From: Phoronis australis
Taxonomy: Eukaryota; Animalia; Phoronida
Length of the DNA: 64,000 nt
Assembly (NCBI GenBank): GCA_002633005.1
Contig: NMRA01000337.1
Location: 310,001 to 374,000 of the forward strand
Direction: 5' to 3'
Made by a program: the position numbers and the translations under genes. Positions 27,201 to 35,427 of this stretch are shown here, in pieces (within the stretch, counting starts at the first letter, position 1; each line of letters starts with the position of its first letter). The notes under the pieces are model-generated. The model saw only the letters and a list, made by a program, of their open reading frames with translations. It was not told the origin of the DNA and ran no database searches.

Positions 27201-27753
27201 TTGTGTCGTTTAAAAAAAAAACGTTTGCAGTTTCAATCCCCTTTTAGTCAACTCTTTCGGGAAACTTGTCAAAAAATTAAAGGCACCCTTAACAGAAACT
27301 GGTACTGAAAAGTCACCCTTCTCAGAAGCGCGTCAGGTACACACAACTTCTTTGGGAATACCCCCTAGACCTGGACCTCCCCAGCTAGGCTGTGCCAGGA
27401 GGCGGGCTGTGCGAGGAGGCCGGGGCTGTCCTGGGAAGACGGAGTCAACAAATTGCCAACAATGGGCCGGGTTTCTCACTGTATTTTCTGACTCTAGTCA
27501 GCAAACACATTATTCTGGTAGCCCATTTTGTACGTGTATAAGCACCTCCTCAGCCATTGCATAAGGACCCCCTCCCCATGCCTCAGTCCCGGGCACAGAG
27601 GTCTGAGGGGCGCCGGACAAGACTCAGGGCCCAAGGCCAAGGTCACCGCCAGGCACAAGTCAACTGAATGAATACAATCGGAGTCAATACGCTGGCCTGG
27701 TCATGGGATATTTTCAGCTCACGCAATCACTCTTCTGCATACCTGGATGTCAT
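134..27753 (-). CDS. BTAF1: BTAF1/Mot1 (TATA-binding protein-associated factor 172), 5' 20 coding exons (HEAT-repeat N-terminal half); gene continues beyond position 1
   Basis: Spliced translation gives [17 protein letters not shown]..., [82 protein letters not shown]: hallmark BTAF1/Mot1 motifs. All introns GT-AG with matching phases. Confidence 0.97.
1325..2430 (+). mobile_element. Helentron/HINE-like modular element, copy A (ends not visible; 8 modules)
   Basis: Homologous to 19960-21600; CCACTAGRNGGCRC-like core at ~1338, 1478, 1623, 1770, 1931, 2074, 2211, 2371. Confidence 0.7.
2440..3080. repeat. 39-bp minisatellite, ~16 copies
   Basis: Unit TGACATAGGTCACATATCATTGCTTCAATGTGTACCATC. 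Confidence 0.95.
3278..3442 (-). CDS. BTAF1: BTAF1 exon 19 ([11 protein letters not shown]...[12 protein letters not shown])
   Basis: TAG acceptor, AG|GTGAAT donor, phase 2/2. Confidence 0.9.
3687..3826. repeat. ~46-bp tandem repeat, 3 copies
   Basis: GAAGTTACCTTAAGATTATG...GGACCTTAT..ATAAGTCTG. Confidence 0.8.
4902..5071 (-). CDS. BTAF1: BTAF1 exon 18 ([19 protein letters not shown])
   Basis: CAG acceptor, CG|GTGAGT donor, conserved FTRMQxECKQL. Confidence 0.93.
5737..5911 (-). CDS. BTAF1: BTAF1 exon 17 (MLGALC...[17 protein letters not shown])
   Basis: CAG acceptor, CAG|GTAAGT donor, conserved FHLxSKSAxQR. Confidence 0.93.
6185..6397. repeat. 36-bp minisatellite, ~6 copies
   Basis: CAAGTAGAGACCAGTGAATGTTTCCATAGAGACAAG. 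Confidence 0.9.
6771..6901 (-). CDS. BTAF1: BTAF1 exon 16 (DSTSHRG...FIGG...[10 protein letters not shown])
   Basis: CAG acceptor, AG|GTCGGT donor, phase 0/2 fits neighbours. Confidence 0.88.
7612..7761 (-). CDS. BTAF1: BTAF1 exon 15 ([13 protein letters not shown])
   Basis: CAG acceptor, AAG|GTAATG donor, conserved motif. Confidence 0.93.
8475..8582 (-). CDS. BTAF1: BTAF1 exon 14 ([25 protein letters not shown]...IHK)
   Basis: CAG acceptor, AAG|GTAATT donor. Confidence 0.9.
9564..9687 (-). CDS. BTAF1: BTAF1 exon 13 ([24 protein letters not shown]); absent from the ORF track
   Basis: Manual translation; CAG acceptor, GAG|GTATGG donor. Confidence 0.93.
10245..10472. repeat. ~23-bp degenerate minisatellite
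   Basis: CAACCTCTAGGGCCCATTTGCAC-like units. Confidence 0.8.
10480..10672 (-). mobile_element. Degenerate tRNA-derived SINE
   Basis: Minus strand ...TCATCTAGTGGTTAAAGTGCTTGGATCACAAC...GGTGTAAATCC: A/B-box-like layout. Confidence 0.4.
10823..10950 (-). CDS. BTAF1: BTAF1 exon 12 ([30 protein letters not shown]); absent from the ORF track
   Basis: Manual translation; CAG acceptor; GT|GTATGT donor gives the phase 2 needed by exon 13. Confidence 0.92.
11343..13011. mobile_element. Kolobok-like non-autonomous DNA transposon (possibly composite)
   Basis: TTAA|GGAGAATGCCACCC ... GGGCTGCACTCTCC|TTTA imperfect TIR with TTAA-type target; CpG-rich interior; THAP relic inside. Confidence 0.6.
12655..12849 (-). 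pseudogene. Decayed THAP zinc-finger domain (transposase N-terminus relic)
   Basis: MPLYCGA.. then a frameshift to [32 protein letters not shown]...HLRGRHF: THAP C..C, FxxxP, W and HF pattern with a stop and loss of the third Cys. Confidence 0.65.
13210..13341 (-). CDS. BTAF1: BTAF1 exon 11 ([20 protein letters not shown])
   Basis: CAG acceptor, GCT|GTAAGT donor. Confidence 0.92.
13662..13915. repeat. 48-bp minisatellite, ~5 copies
   Basis: ACAAATAAATGTATAACAGAGACCTTTCCCAAGAACCCAATGAGTTAC. Confidence 0.9.
14266..14442 (-). CDS. BTAF1: BTAF1 exon 10 ([14 protein letters not shown]...[13 protein letters not shown])
   Basis: Conserved Mot1 motifs; CAG acceptor, TTA|GTAAGT donor. Confidence 0.95.
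14728..16240. mobile_element. Palindrome-ended TE-like element hosting a nested foldback MITE
   Basis: TTTATCCCATACGC (~14730) inverted with GCGTATGGGATAAA (~16092); ~135-bp imperfect hairpin at 16104-16239. Confidence 0.45.
15098..15860. mobile_element. Foldback/MITE with ~150-bp imperfect inverted arms
   Basis: ATAGTCAGGTT...AACCTGACTAT termini; arms ~15130-15260 vs ~15720-15836; internal GCCATCTTG..AAAATGGCGCC repeats. Confidence 0.75.
16760..16855 (-). CDS. BTAF1: BTAF1 exon 9 ([18 protein letters not shown]); absent from the ORF track
   Basis: Manual translation; TAG acceptor, GAG|GTAAAC donor. Confidence 0.95.
17670..17828 (-). CDS. BTAF1: BTAF1 exon 8 (EWPFEYFC...[13 protein letters not shown])
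   Basis: CAG acceptor, CAA|GTAAGC donor. Confidence 0.93.
18277..18400 (-). CDS. BTAF1: BTAF1 exon 7 ([11 protein letters not shown]...NDE)
   Basis: CAG acceptor, GAG|GTATTG donor, phase 2/0 fits. Confidence 0.85.
18657..19056 (+). mobile_element. Helentron/HINE-like element, copy B (short, both ends present)
   Basis: 5' AACAAGAG...ACTGCAACGCAAA...GTGCTTC head, 3 degenerate modules, degenerate 3' hairpin at ~19022-19050. Confidence 0.6.
19376..19524 (-). CDS. BTAF1: BTAF1 exon 6 ([23 protein letters not shown]); start ambiguous (TAG/CAG/AAG tandem acceptors)
   Basis: Manual translation; basic MSxRxxNxAKR segment; AG|GTTTGT donor. Confidence 0.9.
19882..21641 (+). mobile_element. Helentron/HINE-like element, copy C (full length, interrupted by a MITE)
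   Basis: 5' head, 8 modules, GGACG-rich tract, 3' hairpin ATGCATCCACATATAAATATGTGGGCGCAT plus A-run. Confidence 0.75.
20272..20766. mobile_element. hAT-like MITE nested in copy C
   Basis: Perfect 13-bp TIR CAGGGCTTGGAAT...ATTCCAAGCCCTG; repeated CGCGG motifs; host module resumes afterwards; no clean 8-bp TSD. Confidence 0.75.
21925..22408 (+). mobile_element. Helentron/HINE-like element, copy D (3' part)
   Basis: 3 degenerate modules and a 3' hairpin at ~22373-22403. Confidence 0.65.
22620..22795 (-). CDS. BTAF1: BTAF1 exon 5 ([18 protein letters not shown]...LFTEEDL)
   Basis: CAG acceptor, CAG|GTGCAC donor. Confidence 0.9.
23253..23381 (-). CDS. BTAF1: BTAF1 exon 4 ([22 protein letters not shown])
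   Basis: CAG acceptor, G|GTAAGG donor. Confidence 0.9.
23794..23908 (-). CDS. BTAF1: BTAF1 exon 3 ([16 protein letters not shown])
   Basis: CAG acceptor, G|GTAAGT donor. Confidence 0.94.
25207..25496. repeat. 18-bp minisatellite, ~16 copies
   Basis: GATGGCTTGTACTGTGTA. Confidence 0.95.
26173..26296 (-). CDS. BTAF1: BTAF1 exon 2 ([13 protein letters not shown]...[12 protein letters not shown])
   Basis: Conserved Mot1 N-terminus; TAG acceptor, AAG|GTTTGT donor. Confidence 0.95.
27743..27753 (-). CDS. BTAF1: BTAF1 exon 1 coding part (ATG ACA TCC AG = MTSR)
   Basis: caaaATGACATCCAG|GTATGC; phase 2 completes the Arg codon with exon 2; A at -3. Confidence 0.85.
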
Positions 27754-27759
27754 TTTGAG

Positions 27760-28150
27760 TATCTAGCGACAGTGCAACGAACGAAAACACATCTCTCATT
27801 ACGTCTTGACAACGTCAATTTCGATCATGACTCAGTCCCAGACCAAAAAAGACATAACGACGAACGTGTTCTTCACTGACACTGTGTTTCGTAAGTTTCT
27901 TTCACGCGAAATTCGATCGATAAGCAGCAACGACGTTTTCACTTATTGTCACAAAAAATTGTTGAAAGTAACGGACGTGAAAAAACAACTCCCAATGTGA
28001 AGGATCCCAATCATAAACCCAGATGAAGAACAACTCTACCACACATCCGCACAAGGCGAAATCTGTTTTTATACTGACAGCCATTTTAGATTTCGAGCGA
28101 AAAATATTCTGGTCGCGAGTCGTGATTGGTTGATAGGAAGGTCTATAGGG
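27760..28150 (-). promoter_or_regulatory. Putative BTAF1 promoter / 5' UTR region
   Basis: Locally CpG-rich; TGACTCA (~27828), TTACGTC (~27799), CCAAT on the minus strand (~28124) and a YY1-like AAAATGGC (~28080), just upstream of the ATG exon. Confidence 0.45.
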
Positions 28151-30111
28151 CTCAGGGATCATTTTATGGAGGTTTTGGAAAATCAAGTATTTTCATTGTA
28201 GAATTCAAACCTTGTGTATGACATAACCTTTAAACTTTAGAAAGACAACGGAATCATAAATCCATTTTCCGTCAAGTTTGCTAATAGTTCTAGATATAAT
28301 TAGTGCGATTTTGTTGAAATTTCCGTACCTGCCTTTACAGTGGAAATCTCCCTAACATTAGCTGTAACATAAACCAAAGTCAGACACCGTAGAGAGGGAG
28401 ACAAACCACCTAGCGAAATCCCATTGGACGAACACTGGCGGCCATTGTTGTTCCATGGACCGTAGAGACGTCTAGCGGACGTGTGTGCAGTAAACAAATA
28501 TAGCAAGACATGACAGCTCCAGTCGGTAAAAAGCAACGGTGCTTTTTGCAATACCTGCGTCTGCAGCAACAGTTAATTGAAAATTCATGACTTTTTTGCT
28601 TCCCCACTGATTAAAATAGATGACGTTCACGATATAAACAAAGAATGTTTTTGTGTGAAACTGCTGCCAGTCAACCAGTGATGGAGTGTGTGATTTGAAC
28701 TTAATGTCTTTACTGTTTCCTGCATTTGATTGCTGATATAGAAAATAATCGTTAATTAATTGCATGATTTTGGGAAGTATTGATTAGTTTATTCTATGCC
28801 CATTGATTGTTTTCTTTCATTTCCTTCTGCAGTCTTAATACATTCAGATCTAAAAGATTATAATATTTACTACTACTACTTATTTACTAATTTTATTATT
28901 GTTATATTATCATATATTTGTTTTATTATTATTTATTTATGTTTATTTATTCATTGAGTGGGCGAGGAGTGCAGTAGGAGTGTGAGAGTGTGTCAAAGGG
29001 GTTCGGACCCGCCATTTTCCCTCGATTTTAGTGATGTCAAAGTTGAATTTTTAAATTGTTGACTTGGGCCACCCTTCTTAAAAATCTTTGATCCGACCCC
29101 CCCCCCTTTAAAAATCATAGATCTGCCCGTGGGTACGTACACTACATCACTATTTCTGCATCACATGGTAACATAATGTTGTATGGCCATTTATTTTTCT
29201 TTGGTGATAATAAGCACCATGTTGTTATTTAAAAGGCAATAATTTCATTTGCAATGACCATTTGTGTTATTGAATTCCACATGGGGGTACGTACACTACA
29301 TTTTGTTAGCCTTTTTGGCCTATTTTCACCATAGCAGAACCCAGTCAATATCCAAATTTTTGGTTTGTTTAGATATTGAATAATTTGCTGTGTTGCCTAA
29401 GCTATCATATTCTACAGTTCTTTTTATTACAGAAGGTGAACTTAAGTTTTTAACCTTCTTTACAGTAGGTGAGGGTTAGAAACGCAGAATTCCCAAATTT
29501 CTTAACGAGTGCCTGTTTTTTGATGAACCCTACCATTTCTCAATGACTAAGCACAACTTCATCTAATTGATTCTGAAAGTAACTCGAGTTATTCCCAGTC
29601 ATATCAAAGCAATAGTTTACTTAATAAAATAAATTTCTTTTCTACTGTTGACATTTGAAAATTGTAATTTTTAAAATGGCCACTCGTAACGCTAAAAATT
29701 CATGAAATTCATAGACAAAAACATGCATAAATTTCTCAAACATTGTCCGATTTTGATGATTCATTTTTTAATTTGCACAAGTGAATAACTCTTTGCATGA
29801 GATTCAATTGGCATTTATTATTTTAGGCCGTAACAAAGTCAACATTCGAATATGGACCTTGATTGTGATTTAGCCGATATCTTTGTCCTGGTTTGTTATG
29901 TTTGTGGTTGTCTGTTAGCACTAATTTAACTGCAGACGGCGGTTCGCGTTCGAGTCATATCGAAACGTTTGTTCTTATACGATTGTATGTTGCCAATAAA
30001 AGGTTTGTCTGTTTGCACTGTTTCCTTTTTCATCTTTGATTCGTAAAAATATTCATAGTTAGTGGTATAATACCACTGGTACGATTCTGATGTCTGATAG
30101 ATACGAATTAC

Positions 30112-30900
30112 AAAACTGGTCACGTGAATGGTACTTTTATTGACTTTTCTACAGCCGCGTTTTTGCAGCTAAAGTATGATCATTGTCCTTCTAAATCACA
30201 TGTACGTGTAAAGCCCCTAATCGCTGAGAGATAGCTCCTAATTCCGTGGCTAGTTCAGCTTGGCGTACAGAGAGGCGCATCCTTAAACCCAGTTTCAGTT
30301 GTCTGAGTACTGTAAAGACATCATGCTCAGCGTGGTCTTCCTATCTGGGTTTAAATTTGGTTGGCTCATGTTACAAATCAACCTTGCCTGGCGTCAACGT
30401 TGTTAGTCTACCTATGCTTTGTGTTGGTCTTGTGTGCATTTATCTATCTTGTAAAGAAAAGTCCGCAAAAGGTTTTTGAAGCATCAAAAATTGATCTATA
30501 AATAGCTAAATCACAACCTGTGGTAGACGTCCAGTGCACTGTCCCAAAACACATGGCTCACAATCACAACACCACTTGGCTGTTACCAAATGTAACCAGG
30601 AAGTCATTGGTGTAACTGATTTGGCCTGAGGCGAATCATTTGAGGGCACCTTACATAACCGTCTGATGATGATTCGTGTTTCGCGCGCCGCTGATTTTGA
30701 GTTTCAACTACATTAATTTGCGCCTGGTGCCGAGGAAAACGGTCGTCACAGCGCCACCTCGAGCTATTGATTAAAGACTGTACGCAAAGTTCATGTCGAT
30801 TAGACGAAAAATGCCATCTACATGTATATCACGAATATGATAGGCCAACAAAGCGCAGACAGAAATTGGTAAGTCAATAAAAGAACAGCCATCCAAGCAG
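30112..30900. mobile_element. Second HINE-like element with subterminal inverted repeats
   Basis: CTTTTATTGACTT (~30134) inverted with AAGTCAATAAAAG (~30871). Confidence 0.45.
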
Positions 30901-31314
30901 TAAATCTCTTATATCTTGAGAACACTAATTAAGTCCTAGCGCGACACAGGTCATTTCACAATCCCAGGAAAGGGCTGTAAACTACCTATACACATAACAA
31001 ATTTCAGACGAAGTCATGAAGGCCGAAGATACAGCACAAAAACTAAATGAAATACAAAATAGAGGGTAGTCATCGAAAAATCTCAAATAACTCGAGAATG
31101 GCAAATCTTGGAGAAAAACACATTGCACACTACAGCCTGTGAAATGGTCTATCCCAAAATAATCGGAAAAAATTTCACCGTACACAGTGGACCACTTAGG
31201 CCTCTGCAATAATGAAACATGGCTGCCACAACATCATCTTGCTTCTGATTGCAACCAAAAACAATAGGCTTCGAGCCATTGACAAGATACACTTTGTGTG
31301 TTAATTCTTGTAGT

Positions 31315-32676
31315 TGATCGATGTCTATATTCCAAATTTTCTGAAAATCTATTGAGGACCTTCGAAGATACAGAGGTAAACCTAAAAACTAAAATTGCCA
31401 CTAGGGGGCACACTGGTGGTCAGATCCGTCCGAAAGCTGTTGTCATTCCTAGTGAACATAAGTACACTTGCTAAATTAAGCAAAGATCTTGAAAACGGTT
31501 TAGGAGATACAGCTATGGCCGCAAAAAAAAACAAAACTGCCACTAGGAGGCGCCACAGTAGACGAAATCATCGGAAAATCAACGTCAGCCGTCTTCTTTA
31601 TAGTAAGAACATACATGCCAATTTTCACAATCATCCTTAGAGCGGTTTGGTTGATAGAGGGGTGGACGCTAAAAAACAGACTCGAAAACAGCAAAATAGC
31701 CACTAGGTGGCGCAAACTTTGTCGAATCCATCCGAAAACGGTAGTATAGCGTCATCTCACTAATAGATGCCTATATGCCAAATTTAATGAAAATACGTTG
31801 AGGACTTTTGAAGATATAGAGGTAAGCGTAAAAAACTAAAATTTTCACTAGGGGGCACACCAGTGGTCCGATCTGTCCGACAGTTCGCTCATGCTGTCCC
31901 ATCCATGAAAGAAACACATGTACCAAATTTCATGAATGCATGTCACAGGGTTTTGGAGATATAGCAGCGGACGTCGGACAGACGGACGCCAGATGGACGG
32001 AGATGACGGCATAATGCGTCCACATATAAATATTTGGGCGCATAAAAATCTGTCTAGGAACTCCAGAGAAACAAAGGAAAACGGAAAAAATGAAACTGCC
32101 ACTAGGGGGCACAGCGTTCGTCGGATCCATCTGAAACTCATCGTAATCTGTTAACTTCATATTAATACACTACTAAATTTAATAAAGATTCTGCTGTGCG
32201 TTTATTAGACACAGCGCAAAACAAAACTGCCACCAGGGGGCACCGCAATAGTAAAATTCGTCATCATCATTCTCTTCACATTGAGAACATATACGTCAAT
32301 TTTCAAAATCATCCTTAGAATGATTTGGTCGACAGAGGGGTGGGCGCCTCCAAAACAAAAATGACCACTAGATGGCGCAAAATACCTCAAATCGATCTGA
32401 AAATGAAAAGCTAGATGCCCATGTCAAATTCTATAAAAATCCGTTGAGGACGCTTGAAGATACAAAGGTAAACGTAAATAATAAAATTGCCACTAGGGGT
32501 ACACCAGTAGTCGGATCCGTCCGAAAATTTGCTCCTGCCGTTTAATCCATGAAAGGAACACATACAAGATTTCACGAACATGTGTCAAAGGATTTTGGAG
32601 ATAGAGCAGTGGATATTGGAGGTACATGAGGGAATAATGCGTCCACATTGACGGTAAATATCTGGGTGCACAAAAA
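31315..32676 (+). mobile_element. Helentron/HINE-like elements E1+E2 in tandem, between Cav3 and BTAF1
   Basis: 8 modules (cores at 31398, 31540, 31700, 31845, 32099, 32230, 32365, 32490); two 3' hairpins (~32014-32043 and ~32637-32671). Confidence 0.75.
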
Positions 32677-33080
32677 TCAGATTTTATGACAAAACAACAG
32701 ACTTAGAGAAATTTCGTTTTACAAAGTAAAAAGTTAAATAATCAATGATAGATTTAGTTTTAACTGTCCCACCAGCGGAAAACTAGAATGTGTTGCTCAG
32801 GAACAGGCAGTGGTTATAATCACTGACACACATCTGTAGGTGGCTATTTTAATACCAACTGGTAAGAAGCATTCATAGGTGTTGGTTAGGATGCAGTCTG
32901 AAATTATCAGGCAATGATTTCCAGCTTCTGTGATCCCCTAACAATGTTTACCTTCCCATAAGCCCAACTCAACTCATTAATTTGTCATCAGCAGTAATCA
33001 GTCTGAAGCAAAACAAAATAATTCCTGTAATAATATTTTATAGTAAACAGAGGTCCCAATAGAGATAAACAAATAATGCT

Positions 33081-33086
33081 TTTATT
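33081..33086 (-). terminator. Candidate Cav3 polyadenylation signal (AATAAA); a second candidate lies at ~33524
   Basis: TTTATT on the plus strand followed, in transcript sense, by T/GT-rich sequence ~1.7 kb after the stop. Confidence 0.4.
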
Positions 33087-34762
33087 CATTTATCTTAATA
33101 TAGCACAGACTCTGGGACGTTACTTTCCATCACATACTCACATATTATAACCAGATAATAGAAACAAAGTCAAATGTATGTCAGTTCAGCTGACAGTTAG
33201 AAATGCCTAAGAAAATGGTGATTGTACATGAAATTAAAGAGTTGCACATACTTGTATATCACAGTCAACAACTAAGACATACTACTGATATAAAACCACA
33301 TTGAGCAACAGTGTACAATTTACTTGAAAAGTACAAGTCAATATCTGCAAGAATTTATAACAGAGAATTAGTATACATCATTTCCTGTTAATACAACAGT
33401 CAGAGCTATCTTATTTATAAAACATATAGTACAATATATCACACCTGACCTGTGCTCTTTAATTAACATTAAAATAAGTTTGTATACCCTCAAACCACAC
33501 ATTATGTACTTGACACTAAATATTTTATTTGCCATCTGACAAAAAATTAACGCAAAAACAACTTAACAAAAATTAGTTTTCTGACCACAAAAAGTGAGAG
33601 ATAAATAAGCACTTTATCTAGCTACATATTTGAGGAACAGTCAGCTGAGGGTAAACAAATCTACTTTTAGACTGACCTGATGGTGTTCCTCATTGATCTA
33701 ATTTCATCCAATCACAATGACACCAGTACAACCCAGCACGCATGAGATATGAAATAAAACATCATAATCATAATCATAATCATAATCACCATCACTTTTT
33801 TAGAGAAAAGATCCATTATTGGCCAAAGAATCCCATATGTAATGTTACGAAAATACATCAGGACAACAGAACATAATCCACACAAGTGACTTGATGGCAT
33901 TATTGTTCACAATGAGTATGACCATTTACAATGAAATGTCAGTACATAGAGCATGTTGATGATATGAAGATGGGTGTAGAGCACAAGTTGATTAAAGCTC
34001 AAAATTAGAAGATTCTGGATCCAATCACAGCTTTTTAGTTTTACTCTCATTTTCAAAAGCCGATGACCACTGCACACATACACTGAAGTACATGCCAGCT
34101 GTATGGTTGCCAAATATACCCTCACCCAGCTACACCGAAGATTTTTTCTGTTGTTTTGGTTAGATTACAAAACACTTGCAGCATTCTTAATATAAGCTCA
34201 AAAAGGAAACAAACAGCTGTGAGTGTATTCTGTAGACCCAAGACATTAGCCATAAGGTTACAAACAGAATTTTTCACTAATTGAGTGAAAACAGTGAATT
34301 CTATCCCATAATTCAATATTTCAACCTCATTGACCAATCACCGTAGTGGTCACCACTTTGGTAGGTTTTGCAAGAAAGGTTTTGCAAAACACTTGCCTTT
34401 CACTCATATGATTTTGAGTGGTCTTGCTTCTCTTGCTAGAAACTTGGTCTACAGAGTGCACCCTACAATCCTATCTAAAGACCAGAGCCAGCTGATATGG
34501 CTCTTCAAAAACGGGACACGTGAAAATAGCATCTGCAATGACAAAAATTATCACGTGAATGTGGGAGCAATGTCTCTTAGCAGATAGACAAAAACTGAAA
34601 CATGCGCATCCCAGAGTAGAGAATTATGAGATATCCAGCCACAACGCCACCTAGTGTCTGGAATTGTGTGTTTCATCTCCTTTGACACCTCGATTTACAT
34701 AATCCATATGCAAATGTTTCTGTCTATACATGAAGAGGTCAGATGGACTGGTGCAGTATATG

Positions 34763-35427
34763 TTACACAGTATCATCAACAGAAGGTGATTCCGTATTTA
34801 CTGGTTCACTCTGTGTAAAATCTGTTAAACACATATCAGCTGTGTTGTTGGATGCCTTCCCTCTGACACAATTTTCTGATTCAGGCTCATCACATAAAGT
34901 CCACCTCACAGGTTTAATGATACCCTGTTGGTCATCACCCTTGTCCACCCATGGCTCATTAGCACCTTTGTATTGACACTCAGGAGGTGAGGATTGATCA
35001 ACATTAGTTCTACTTCTCTCCAACAGAGGTCGTGCCCTCTTACTGGGAAGGAACACATTTAAACTCTGAGGACGCTCAGAGCTAACTTTAGTCACTGGCA
35101 TATGTTGAGAGTCCCGAGTCTCTTTGTTAGTGGACGACTTGCAAGTGTCTTGTTGTGATTGGTCATTTTGATCGTCGCCTTGCCCAGCTGCTAACCCCGT
35201 TATTGCTTCGATTTCTTGATCACACTGCTCATCGTCACTCCACTGATTGTCAGTATCATCCAGACACAATTGGTTGTATGCTGGTGGTCTGGTCTCCTTG
35301 GTGATATAGGCCATCACAGTCCTCTGGTTCATCAGTACATAGTTATCCCCAGATGTCGGTGCCTGCACCCCTGTGAAGTCTGAAGGTCCACCACACAGTC
35401 CACTCTCCACTGTTACAGCTTTCACGA
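34763..35427 (-). CDS. Cav3: Cav3 terminal coding exon ending ...ESPSVDDTV*
   Basis: TTTGTTTCAG acceptor in phase 1 and a long open frame to TAA. Confidence 0.8.

Noticed and set aside
27902-28186. ORF containing MAVS, resembling the vertebrate BTAF1 start
   Set aside because: No suitable phase-2 donor after it; the MTSR exon at 27743-27753 fits exon 2 exactly.
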